Counted from the stretch's first letter, positions 50,757 to 59,997 are shown. The stretch: DNA of 64,000 nt from Bacteroidota bacterium (GCA_049515655.1 JBEKTW010000015.1:23320-87319), one strand, 5' to 3'. The notes: generated from the letters alone by a model not told the origin. Numbers and translations: made by a program.

Positions 50757-52073
50757 GTGAAATTCTTTCAACGGTTTTTGCTTCTTGTCTCCCTTCTTGC
50801 TGTTTCCTCGTTGACAAACGCTCAGCTCGTCAACGGCCGGTTCAGCACCTCCGTTTATGCGTGGCAGCAATTTGACACGGTCGGCGTTTCTCAGACCTTG
50901 GCTCGGGGATTCCAGACCCTGCAACTCGAAGTATCGCAAGGGGATGTTTCACTGCGCACATCGATGTATGGCGCTACGAATTTTTCACAGTCGTTTGGTA
51001 ATGATGGACTTATTCGCATCAACAACCTGTATCTGAGATGGAAAAACATCGAAGATGCAATGGATCTCAGCCTGGGGAGAATTCCTGTCTTTGCCGGTGT
51101 CGGCAACGGGACTTTGGACGGTGCCCTGATCAAGGCGCGGGGCATGGATGAACGCGTCTGGTTTACAGCCTACGGGGGGGCGAACGTTCTACCCGATCTA
51201 AAATCAATGAGTTTCAGCGACCTCGATCAAAAGTTTTTGATTGGAAGCCAGCTCATCACAACGTTGATTCCTCAGGCACGGATTGGTGTCAGTTATGTGA
51301 ACCGTCATATTCCACGGGAGAGCTATTGGGCAACACGCCCGGATTCACTTTTCAATCCAACGACCGTGCTTATTGTTCCGGATTCCCGGGCTCAGCAGGC
51401 AGTGGGAGTTGATGCCCGCTACGACCAGGATGGCGCGTATTCTGTTTACAGTCGGTATGATTATGATTTGAATTCCAAGTACACGCTTCGCGGACAGTTC
51501 GGCGCTCGCGTGCAGACTTCCGATCAACTTGCGCTCACGGGAGATTTCATCTATCGCGAGCCGTATGTTCCCTTTAATTCTTTCTTCACAGTCTTTCCGG
51601 TCTCTCCGATTCGTGAATTAGAGGGCGGTATCGAGTATTCTGTTTCGCCTTCCTATCATGCGTTTGGAAGATTCGCGTACGTCGGATATGTCGACGCGCT
51701 CAGCCGGCGTATTACTGTGGGAATGAACGCAGACTACGGCAGCATCAGCTATGCGGGTAGCAGCGGATATGCCGGCATCCTGAATTCATTTTATGTGCAG
51801 GGGATGTACCCGTTGTTGGATCGTACGCTTGTTCCCACGGTCGGATTTTCTTATTCCAAATACCGTTTGAGTGAAGAAGCGACCCAGGATGACAACGTGT
51901 TTGCCGGATCGTTTGGCGCGGTCGTTCGACCGTCGTCGCTCATTTCGGTCGACGCACAGGTGCAATGGCTGCACAACGACATTGCCAGTCATGATGTCCG
52001 GCTGCTTGTGAACGTGAACTATTGGTTTAATCACAATTTTAAGTTCCTCCAGCACAAGGAGGCGAGCGAATGA
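50757..52073 (+). CDS. Putative outer-membrane beta-barrel (porin of a porin-cytochrome conduit)
   Basis: Signal peptide, alternating aromatic beta-strand pattern throughout, no hemes, ATGA overlap with a multiheme gene. Confidence 0.7.
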   Translation: MKFFQRFLLLVSLLAVSSLTNAQLVNGRFSTSVYAWQQFDTVGVSQTLARGFQTLQLEVSQGDVSLRTSMYGATNFSQSFGNDGLIRINNLYLRWKNIEDAMDLSLGRIPVFAGVGNGTLDGALIKARGMDERVWFTAYGGANVLPDLKSMSFSDLDQKFLIGSQLITTLIPQARIGVSYVNRHIPRESYWATRPDSLFNPTTVLIVPDSRAQQAVGVDARYDQDGAYSVYSRYDYDLNSKYTLRGQFGARVQTSDQLALTGDFIYREPYVPFNSFFTVFPVSPIRELEGGIEYSVSPSYHAFGRFAYVGYVDALSRRITVGMNADYGSISYAGSSGYAGILNSFYVQGMYPLLDRTLVPTVGFSYSKYRLSEEATQDDNVFAGSFGAVVRPSSLISVDAQVQWLHNDIASHDVRLLVNVNYWFNHNFKFLQHKEASE

Positions 52074-53122
52074 TGCAAAGGTATATCGCTGCCGCTTTGT
52101 TCCTGGCCCTGTTCGTCGCTGTTTCCGTTGCGATGAAAGAGCCTATGCGGAAATACTGGCAGGAGGAAGACCACTCCAAGTTTATTAAGTTTTCGCATAC
52201 GTTCCACGTAAGGGAGCAGAGTATCGCCTGCGTAGATTGTCACACGGATGCCAAAGCGAGCAAGCTTTCGTCGGATAATCTTCTGCCGAATCACGAAAGC
52301 TGCAAGACGTGTCATGATGAGCAAGTTGCGGGCAATTGTACATATTGCCATACGACGAAGGATAATATTCTTCCGATAAAACGACCGGAACGCGAACTGA
52401 TATTTTCTCATGAGCTCCACGCAGGGAAACAAAATATCAATTGTGAAACGTGCCACGCCGGAACGGACACTGTCACCTTTGCAACGAGCAGGAACATGCC
52501 AGCGATGACGGCGTGTGTGAGCTGTCACGAGCAGAAAAAGATTTCAACGAATTGTGAAACCTGCCATCGCGACTTTGTTACGCTCGTTCCCGAGGATCAC
52601 CTTACAACGGATTTCCGCAAAGAGCACAAGAAGCTCACCCGACTGGGCATGAAAGATGTAACCTGTAAAACGTGTCACTCGGAGAATTTCTGTCAGGATT
52701 GCCACACGGGGACGGAGTTGCACGGCTTCTCGGGCACGAAAGACTTAATGGCCGAGCCGGCACCCAGCCCATTCGCAAAGGATTCACCGAAGCAATTGAG
52801 ACTGCAAAAAGCTCATGGGCTGAATTACCGGTTCACCCATGGCGTGGAGGCAAAATCGAAGGCGCTCGACTGCGCATCATGCCACGAACAACAAACGTTT
52901 TGCGTGACGTGTCACGAAGCCGGCGGCAACATTAACCAGCTGAAATTCAAGCCGGCATCGCACATTGCGGCCGGGTTCACGACCATCGGTAAAGGGTCCG
53001 GCGGCGGACGGCATGCTGAGCTCGCCCGGCGCGACCTCGAAAGCTGTATGTCGTGCCACGACGTGCAGGGAAATGACCCGACATGCATGTTATGTCACAC
53101 AGGAAATGGCGGAGTACGATAA
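52070..53122 (+). CDS. Periplasmic 12-heme cytochrome c (c3/c7-like repeats)
   Basis: 12 CxxCH, FSHxxH motifs, signal peptide. Confidence 0.9.
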   Translation: MMQRYIAAALFLALFVAVSVAMKEPMRKYWQEEDHSKFIKFSHTFHVREQSIACVDCHTDAKASKLSSDNLLPNHESCKTCHDEQVAGNCTYCHTTKDNILPIKRPERELIFSHELHAGKQNINCETCHAGTDTVTFATSRNMPAMTACVSCHEQKKISTNCETCHRDFVTLVPEDHLTTDFRKEHKKLTRLGMKDVTCKTCHSENFCQDCHTGTELHGFSGTKDLMAEPAPSPFAKDSPKQLRLQKAHGLNYRFTHGVEAKSKALDCASCHEQQTFCVTCHEAGGNINQLKFKPASHIAAGFTTIGKGSGGGRHAELARRDLESCMSCHDVQGNDPTCMLCHTGNGGVR

Positions 53123-53126
53123 CTGC

Positions 53127-54179
53127 ATGAGAAAGCTTGAATCCATCTGTGTATCGTTTGCTCTTGCCGGTCTTATGCTCCATCCCGGATGCACGAAACT
53201 GGACGAAGGATTGCCGGCGCCGACAAGCGGTCAAGTGCAGGTTCATCCGGCCGGGTGGGGCGACACCAACTCGACGAGTTTTCACGGCAAATTCTTGAGC
53301 GCAAAAGCATGGCAATTGAGCAACTGCACGCCATGCCATGGGGACGCGCTTGGGGGCGGGACGGCCGGAGTGTCCTGCTTCACATGCCATAAATCCTATC
53401 CCCACAGCGCCGGATGGACAGATTCAACAACGGCAGGACTCCACGGAAATTTCATCCAGGCATCGGGATGGGATATGCGTCAATGCCAGACGTGCCACGG
53501 AGTCACCTACGCAGGAGGACGAGTGAACGTTTCGTGCCTGACGTGCCACACAAAACCAAACGGTCCCGAGAACTGCACAACTTGTCACGGTGGAATCAAC
53601 GCGGCTCCGCCAAGAGATCTCAGCGGGAATACGTCGACAACTGCACGTGGCGTCGGTGCGCATCAGGCTCATCTGCTCGGAAGCTCTCTCGCCTCACCGT
53701 TGCTCTGCTCCGAGTGCCATAATGTTCCCTCGTCGGTGTATCAAGCCGGGCACATTGGTTCTACCGGTCATGCTGAGATACACTTCAACGGTCCGCTCGG
53801 CACGTTGAAAACAGCCGGCGGGACGTTTGTTCCAGCGCCGTCGTATGACGTAACAACGGGCAAGTGCAGCAATACATTCTGTCACGGCAACTGGCGTCAC
53901 GAGGAATCGACTTCTGCGTACCAATGGGCGTTCAAGGATACGGTCATGGCAGGCGCAAACTATTCTCCTTCATGGACAGGAGGTTCTTCCGAATCTGCGT
54001 GCGATAGTAGTTGTCACGGTTTGCCGCCGGCTGGGCACCTCCAGACGGCAGACAAGTGCGCTCAGTGTCACACCGGGGTTGTGGACTTCAGCGGCAACAT
54101 CATCGACTCGACGAAACACATTAACGGAAAAGTAGACGTCTTCGGGCAAGATACAACGATTTTCCATTCTCAACTGTGA
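53127..54179 (+). CDS. Probable lipoprotein multiheme cytochrome c (7 CxxCH + CX4CH + CX3CH)
   Basis: Signal ending LHPGC, CSNTFCHG, CDSSCHG, HINGKVD. Confidence 0.85.
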   Translation: MRKLESICVSFALAGLMLHPGCTKLDEGLPAPTSGQVQVHPAGWGDTNSTSFHGKFLSAKAWQLSNCTPCHGDALGGGTAGVSCFTCHKSYPHSAGWTDSTTAGLHGNFIQASGWDMRQCQTCHGVTYAGGRVNVSCLTCHTKPNGPENCTTCHGGINAAPPRDLSGNTSTTARGVGAHQAHLLGSSLASPLLCSECHNVPSSVYQAGHIGSTGHAEIHFNGPLGTLKTAGGTFVPAPSYDVTTGKCSNTFCHGNWRHEESTSAYQWAFKDTVMAGANYSPSWTGGSSESACDSSCHGLPPAGHLQTADKCAQCHTGVVDFSGNIIDSTKHINGKVDVFGQDTTIFHSQL

Positions 54180-54239
54180 AAGGAAGCACGAAGTAGTTTG
54201 TCATAATTGAAAAGCTGAACGCGCATTCTGCCGGTCTTG

Positions 54240-54268
54240 AGCCATTCCCCCCACGGAATGGCTTTTTT
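54240..54268 (+). terminator. Intrinsic terminator closing the ccmDE-porin-cytochrome operon
   Basis: agccattcc-loop-ggaatggct then T-tract. Confidence 0.75.
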
Positions 54269-54455
54269 CTTTCCTGTCTGGAGAGGAACAGTGGCATAGT
54301 CATTGATTAATGTATCAGAGAGGTGCCGGAAAGCCCGCGTGTGAGAATGAAAACGGTGACGGTGGAAGAGAGCTACAGCGACAGGCGTGCTCCGAACAAC
54401 CTCATAAAGAAACCGAGTTCACTATTTCAGATTTTCTTAAACGAGCACACATCTT

Positions 54456-55574
54456 ATGGCACAATATAGAATAGCATGGCTCCCCGGTGATGGTATCGGG
54501 GTCGAAGTACTGGAAGCCGCGAGAATAGTTCTCGACAAAATGGCCCTGGATGCGGAGTACATGCACGGCGATATCGGCTGGGATTTCTGGTGCAAGGAAG
54601 GGGATGCGTTGCCGCAGCGCACCATTGATTTGATGAATAGGGTTGACGCTGCGATGTTCGGGGCTATAACATCAAAACCCGTGAAAGCCGCGGAAGCCGA
54701 ACTCGCGCCTTCGTTGAAGGGAAAGGGATTAGTTTATCGTTCTCCCATCGTCCGGATGCGGCAGCTTTTCGACCTCTACATTTGTCTTCGCCCATGTAAA
54801 GCGTATCCCGGGAATCCATTGAACTACAAGGAGAACATCGACCTGGTTGTGTTCCGGGAGAATACGGAAGACCTCTATGCCGGGGTGGAGTTCAATCAGG
54901 TTCCTCCCGAATTGTCTGAACTCCTTTCGAAAATTTCGAAGCCATTTTCTGCGTTCAAAAATCTCCCCGGGGACCAGTACGCAATTTCCTGCAAGATCAA
55001 TACGCGGAAAGGCTCCGAGCGCATTGTGCGTGCGGCATTTGAATTCGCGAAGAAGTCAGGTCGGAAAAAAGTAACGATTGTCCATAAGGCGAATGTCGTG
55101 CGGGCAACGGACGGTCTGTTCCTCGAGATCGCAAAGGAGATTGCGAAGGGCTTTCCCGAGATTCAAATGGACGATGCGAATATCGATGCGATGACGATGT
55201 GGCTGCTCAAGAATCCATTCAACTATGACGTGCTCGTCGCACCGAATCTCTATGGCGATATCATTTCCGATCTGTGTGCTCAGATGGTCGGAGGATTGGG
55301 CTTCGGCTGCTCGGGCAACATCGGGACCGAATTAGCCGTATTCGAGCCGACACACGGTTCTGCACCGAAGTACGCCGGACAGTACAAAGTCAACCCGATT
55401 GCCACAATCCTGGCCGCAAAGATGATGCTGGACTGGCTGGGGGAAATCGAGAAAGGCAAGAAGCTGGAAAAGGCGGTTGCCCAGGTGATCAAGGAAAGTG
55501 TCGTCCGGACGTACGATATGGGCGGGCGCAACACAACCATCGAAATGGCAAAAGCGATTGCTGCTAAACTCTGA
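54456..55574 (+). CDS. Isocitrate/isopropylmalate (beta-decarboxylating) dehydrogenase family
   Basis: PGDGIG, RENTEDLY, HKANV, NLYGDIISD, FEPTHGSAP. Confidence 0.92.
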   Translation: MAQYRIAWLPGDGIGVEVLEAARIVLDKMALDAEYMHGDIGWDFWCKEGDALPQRTIDLMNRVDAAMFGAITSKPVKAAEAELAPSLKGKGLVYRSPIVRMRQLFDLYICLRPCKAYPGNPLNYKENIDLVVFRENTEDLYAGVEFNQVPPELSELLSKISKPFSAFKNLPGDQYAISCKINTRKGSERIVRAAFEFAKKSGRKKVTIVHKANVVRATDGLFLEIAKEIAKGFPEIQMDDANIDAMTMWLLKNPFNYDVLVAPNLYGDIISDLCAQMVGGLGFGCSGNIGTELAVFEPTHGSAPKYAGQYKVNPIATILAAKMMLDWLGEIEKGKKLEKAVAQVIKESVVRTYDMGGRNTTIEMAKAIAAKL

Positions 55575-55643
55575 CTCCTCTCACGGCGGCATATTCTCAG
55601 TCCGCCGCTGGGATTTCTGGAAAATGATGATTCTGAAAAAGAC

Positions 55644-56555
55644 ATGAAGACGGAAAAGATTATTCTCCATGAAGTTGGACTGCGGGATGGACTCCAGATG
55701 GAGAAGACGATGGTCCCCATGGATCGTAAGATCGACTGGCTTGAAGGTCTCATAGACGCCGGAGTCGACATCGTCCAGGTGGGCTCGTTCGTGCATCCCG
55801 AAAAGGTTCCCCAGATGGCCGATACCGATAAGCTGTTTTCCTATTTCAAAGAACACCCGGCAAAAAGGAAGAATGTCGTGTTTTCGGGATTGGTGCTGAA
55901 CGAGAAAGGTCTCGACCGCGGGTTTGATTGCGGGGTGGAAATGTTTTGCATGGGTGTTTCGGCGAGCGAAACACATAGCAGGAAGAACACCGGGATGAGC
56001 GTCGCCGAGGCGACCGAACGTATCATCGCTATGGCAAAAAGAGCAGCCGCTGCGGGCACGAAAGTGCAGGTTTCCGTGCAATCTGCTTTTGGCTGCGGGT
56101 ACGAAGGGCATGTGCCGCCGGAGCGCGTGCTCGGCATCGTGCGGAACTATCTCGATGCCGGATTGAAGAGCATCAGCCTTGCCGATACCGCAGGCCACGC
56201 GACGCCGGACCAGGTTGAGAAATTGTACGAAGCGATATTCAAACTCGACGGTTCGGTTGAATGTGCGTGCCATTTCCATAACACGTATGGCCTCGGGCTT
56301 GCGAATTGTTACGCCGCAATGAACGTGGGGGTTCAGAACTTCGAGTCGTCCGTTGCCGGTCTCGGAGGTTGCCCGTTCACAAAAATTGCCGGCGGCAATG
56401 TGTGCACGGAGGATTTCGTCCATATGATTCACCGCATGCACCTTCGACCCGATATTGACCTGCAAAAACTCATAGCTCTCGCAAACGATGTGGCGACGTT
56501 CTTTGCCCGGGAGATGTCCGGAGTTGTGTATAAGACCGGACCGATCGCATCGTGA
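55644..56555 (+). CDS. HMG-CoA lyase family protein
   Basis: EVGLRDGLQ, LADTAG, HFHNTYG, GLGGCPF. Confidence 0.92.
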   Translation: MKTEKIILHEVGLRDGLQMEKTMVPMDRKIDWLEGLIDAGVDIVQVGSFVHPEKVPQMADTDKLFSYFKEHPAKRKNVVFSGLVLNEKGLDRGFDCGVEMFCMGVSASETHSRKNTGMSVAEATERIIAMAKRAAAAGTKVQVSVQSAFGCGYEGHVPPERVLGIVRNYLDAGLKSISLADTAGHATPDQVEKLYEAIFKLDGSVECACHFHNTYGLGLANCYAAMNVGVQNFESSVAGLGGCPFTKIAGGNVCTEDFVHMIHRMHLRPDIDLQKLIALANDVATFFAREMSGVVYKTGPIAS

Positions 56556-56598
56556 GAGAATGCCGGCGATGAAATCATATCCACGATAGAGGTCATAC

Positions 56599-57792
56599 AT
56601 GAAAATACTCCAGGGTGTCCGTGTCCTTGACTTGACCAACGTGCTTTCGGGTCCGTTTGCAACCTTGCATCTTGCCCTGCTTGGAGCCGATGTCATAAAA
56701 ATCGAAAATCCAACGGATGGCGACCTCGCACGTAAGCTTGGTTGTGTACCGAAGTACAATCAAATGCTGTTAGGGACGAGCTTTCTTGCGCAAAATGCCA
56801 ACAAGAAGTCGGTGACTCTGAATCTGAAAACCCCCGAAGGGAAGGAAATTTTCAAGAGACTTGCAAAAACCGCCGATGTCATCGTGGAAAATTTCCGCCC
56901 TGACGTCATGTCCCGCCTTGGGTTGTCGTATACAGTGTTATCTGAAATTAATCCGCGACTTATCTATTGCGCGATTTCCGGATTTGGTCAGACGGGACCC
57001 GATGCCATGAAACCCGCGTACGATCAGATCATTCAGGGGCTGAGCGGCGAGATGGCGATCAACGGCGACGAACGCTTGAATCCACTCCGCGCCGGCTTTC
57101 CCGTGTGCGATACGGTCGGCGGACTCAATGCGGCTTTCGCGATCATGGCGGCACTCTATCATCGTGAGAGAACCGGTGAAGGGCAGTTCATCGATGTCGC
57201 CCTGCTCGATTCCATCATGCCGCTGATGGGTTGGGTCGCGGCAAACCTCCTTATTGGCGGTCAACGACCCGTCCTGATGGGGAATGACAACTTTACGGCG
57301 GCGCCATCGGGAACGTTCAAGACGAAGGACGGCCACATCAACATTGCGGCGAACAAACAGGAACAGTGGGAAGCGGTGGCCGAGGTTCTCGGTGTGCCCG
57401 AACTCAAAACGGATCCGCGATTCCAGGAACGAGACACGCGAAAGAAAAACCGGCGGCTCCTTACACCACTTCTGGAAAAAGAATTGATGCGCAACACGAC
57501 GAGTTATTGGGTGGGGGCGCTCAACGCGAAAGACGTTCCCTCGGGTGAGATTCTGGGGTTGGAAGAAGCTCTCACCGCATTGCAGATTCAACACCGCAGG
57601 ACGATCCAATCGATCAACGTCGAGGGAATCGGAGAGGTGAAATTGTTCAATCTCACCGCACGGTTGGAAAAAACTCCCGGCGTTCTCGATTCCCCCCCGC
57701 CACGTCTGTCCGCGAACACGGATGAGGTGCTCCAGGGCGTGGGGTACACGAAGGAAGAGATCCAAAAGTTCAGAGAGAAAAAAATCATCTAG
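56599..57792 (+). CDS. CoA-transferase family III (CaiB/BaiF)
   Basis: LGADVIKIE, NKKS, ENFRP, ISGFGQTGP, AYD. Confidence 0.93.
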   Translation: MKILQGVRVLDLTNVLSGPFATLHLALLGADVIKIENPTDGDLARKLGCVPKYNQMLLGTSFLAQNANKKSVTLNLKTPEGKEIFKRLAKTADVIVENFRPDVMSRLGLSYTVLSEINPRLIYCAISGFGQTGPDAMKPAYDQIIQGLSGEMAINGDERLNPLRAGFPVCDTVGGLNAAFAIMAALYHRERTGEGQFIDVALLDSIMPLMGWVAANLLIGGQRPVLMGNDNFTAAPSGTFKTKDGHINIAANKQEQWEAVAEVLGVPELKTDPRFQERDTRKKNRRLLTPLLEKELMRNTTSYWVGALNAKDVPSGEILGLEEALTALQIQHRRTIQSINVEGIGEVKLFNLTARLEKTPGVLDSPPPRLSANTDEVLQGVGYTKEEIQKFREKKII

Positions 57793-57835
57793 CGTACTGT
57801 CTCGGAAATAGATTGATTAAGTTTTGCGGCCTTTA

Positions 57836-57893
57836 ACCCTCACCCCTTTCCCCTCTCCCGAGTTCGGGAGAGGGGAATTAAAGGGGAGAGGGT
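57836..57893. repeat. Purine/pyrimidine-biased REP-like palindrome
   Basis: accctcacccctttcccctctcccg-agtt-cgggagaggggaa..agggg.gagggt. Confidence 0.75.
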
Positions 57894-57988
57894 AGTGAAC
57901 GGCACACGGTTCCAAGAATTTATTCAACTTATTTGAGGTACAGGAGACTGGCCGTACTTCTATTAATTTTATTCTAAGGAAAGAAGCT

Positions 57989-59278
57989 ATGGGAATGACA
58001 GTCGTTGAAAAGATCCTGGCGAAGGCGTCCGGACAGACATCGGTCAAGGTTGGTGACGTGCTCGAGCCGAAAGTTGACCTTGCCATGTCGCATGAGAATG
58101 GCGCGCTGGTCATGAATCAATTCATGGAGATCTACAAGGGAACGGGACTCCGGCCAAAGATCTGGGATCCATCGAGAATTGCGATCATCTTTGACCACCG
58201 TATTCCCGCGGAATCTTCAAAGACAGCGTCGAACCAGAAAAAGATCCGGGAGTTTGTCTCTGCCAACGACATCCTGAAATTCCATGATATCCGCGGCGAC
58301 GTCGGCGGCATTTGCCATCAAATTCTGCCGGAAAATGGATATGTACGGCCCGGCTCCGTGGTTGTGGGAACAGATTCGCATACCACGAGCCATGGCGCGC
58401 TCGGTGCCTTCGCCTTCGGTATCGGTGCGACGGAGATGGCGAGTGTATGGGCGTTGGGAACGGTGCTGAACGTCGAGGTTCCCGCCACAATTCGGGTGAA
58501 CGTCGTCGGGAAGTTTCCGGATTTTGTCGGCCCCAAGGATCTCATCCTCCATCTCATCGGCAAGATGACCGCCGAGGGTGCGAACTTCAAAGTAATCGAG
58601 TTCCAGGGCGAGACCATTCGCAACATGCCGACATCGGGTCGCCTTGTCATTTGCAACATGGCCGTCGAAGCGGGTGCGACATCCGGCATTGTGCCGGCAG
58701 ATGCTGAAACCGCACGCTATCTGAAAGAAGAGGCAGGAGTGAAGGAAAAGCTGGAGTTGGTTCAGCCCGACCCCGATGCACACTATGACCAAACGATCAC
58801 CATCGATGTGTCGAAGCTCACGCCGCAAATTGCATGCCCGCATACAGTCGATAACGTGAAATCGATTGAAGAGGTTGCCGGCAAGAAAGTTCATCAGGTC
58901 GTCATCGGTTCGTGCACGAATGGCCGCCTCGATGATCTGGCCGTTGCCGCAAGCATCATCAAGGGGAAACGGATTGCAAAGAACGCACGCATGTTGATCT
59001 TTCCCGCCTCGGGGAAGATCTATCGGCAGGCACTTGAGCGCGGATATATCAATGATTTCATATCGGCAGGCGCTGTTGTGATGAATCCTGGTTGCGGTCC
59101 GTGTCTCGGTGTCCACGAAGGCGCTCTGGGGGATGGTGAAGTGGCTCTTTCAACGACCAATCGAAACTTCAAGGGCCGGATGGGCAATCCCAACTCTGAG
59201 GTCTATCTCTGCTCGCCCGCAGTCGCCGCGGCCTCGGCGCTGACAGGAGTAATAACTGATCCCCGGAAAGGAGATTAA
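57989..59278 (+). CDS. 3-isopropylmalate dehydratase/homoaconitase large subunit (LeuC/HacA family)
   Basis: DSHTT, GSCTNGR, CGPCLG, STTNRNFKGRMG. Confidence 0.93.
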   Translation: MGMTVVEKILAKASGQTSVKVGDVLEPKVDLAMSHENGALVMNQFMEIYKGTGLRPKIWDPSRIAIIFDHRIPAESSKTASNQKKIREFVSANDILKFHDIRGDVGGICHQILPENGYVRPGSVVVGTDSHTTSHGALGAFAFGIGATEMASVWALGTVLNVEVPATIRVNVVGKFPDFVGPKDLILHLIGKMTAEGANFKVIEFQGETIRNMPTSGRLVICNMAVEAGATSGIVPADAETARYLKEEAGVKEKLELVQPDPDAHYDQTITIDVSKLTPQIACPHTVDNVKSIEEVAGKKVHQVVIGSCTNGRLDDLAVAASIIKGKRIAKNARMLIFPASGKIYRQALERGYINDFISAGAVVMNPGCGPCLGVHEGALGDGEVALSTTNRNFKGRMGNPNSEVYLCSPAVAAASALTGVITDPRKGD

Positions 59279-59280
59279 AA

Positions 59281-59778
59281 ATGGCAACTGTAGTTTTGAA
59301 ATTGGGTGATGATGTTTCAACCGACGTAATATATCCCGGACGGTACATGGCGACCGTCCTGCCGACGGAAACTCCGCAGTATGCGTTTGCAGATCTTGTT
59401 GAGTTCAACGCAAAGCTGAAAGCAAAACAAATTCCACCGGGCAGCGTCATTGTCGCGGGGAAGAATTTCGGCTGCGGGTCATCGCGTGAGCAGGCCGTGT
59501 CGGCACTGAAAGGGCATGATCTCATTGTTGTCGCGGAAGGTTTTGCAAGAATCTTTCTGCAAAACTCCATCAATCTCGGTTTGAAGCTCGTAGAAGCCCG
59601 CGGCGTCAAAGCATCCGAAGGTGATGAGCTAAAGGTCGAACGGGATAAACTGACGAATGTGTCAACGGGAAAAACCGCTTCGGTCGTCCAATTGCCGCCG
59701 GCGCGACAAGCCATCGTTGACGCGGGTGGATTGATACCTTTCACGAGAAAGAAACTGATGGAGAAAATGAGCATTTAG
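59281..59778 (+). CDS. 3-isopropylmalate dehydratase/homoaconitase small subunit (LeuD/HacB family)
   Basis: STDVIYPGRY, NFGCGSSRE, FARIF. Confidence 0.92.
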   Translation: MATVVLKLGDDVSTDVIYPGRYMATVLPTETPQYAFADLVEFNAKLKAKQIPPGSVIVAGKNFGCGSSREQAVSALKGHDLIVVAEGFARIFLQNSINLGLKLVEARGVKASEGDELKVERDKLTNVSTGKTASVVQLPPARQAIVDAGGLIPFTRKKLMEKMSI

Positions 59779-59832
59779 TCTGTTTTCTCCGGGCGGAGAT
59801 ACCGTTTGAAAATTTCCTCCAGATTCTTTCAT

Positions 59833-59879
59833 TTCTCAAACCTGCAAGGAGGGAATTAGCCCTTTTTCACCATTGAGAA
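59833..59879. promoter_or_regulatory. Paired candidate enhancer sites
   Basis: TTCTCAaaccTGCAAG at 59833 and TTTTCAccatTGAGAA at 59864. Confidence 0.55.
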
Positions 59880-59981
59880 ATGAGATCCCAACGAGAGGCT
59901 CTAAGCTATTCTGAATGAATGATTTTCAGCCATTCTCGAATTTCCCTTGGATTTGATGCATCCTGGCAAGCGGAAGTAGGG

Positions 59982-59997
59982 TGGCATATCAGTTGCT
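59982..59997 (+). promoter_or_regulatory. Sigma54 promoter
   Basis: TGGCATATCAGTTGCT. Confidence 0.75.

Noticed and set aside
54292-54307. Sigma54-like TGGCATAGTCATTGAT
   Set aside because: Mismatch at -12 and no nearby paired enhancer motif; too weak to call
54310-54380. Lysine riboswitch (agaggtgc ... gagagctac) upstream of the dehydrogenase
   Set aside because: The two motifs are only ~50 nt apart versus a ~170-nt aptamer, internal motifs are missing and P1 does not pair
55581-59116. Long antisense ORFs (55581-56759, 56938-57765, 58217-59116, and similar ones at 7472-8404, 12271-13119, 32071-33000)
   Set aside because: Shadow frames opposite well-supported genes, with no motifs of their own
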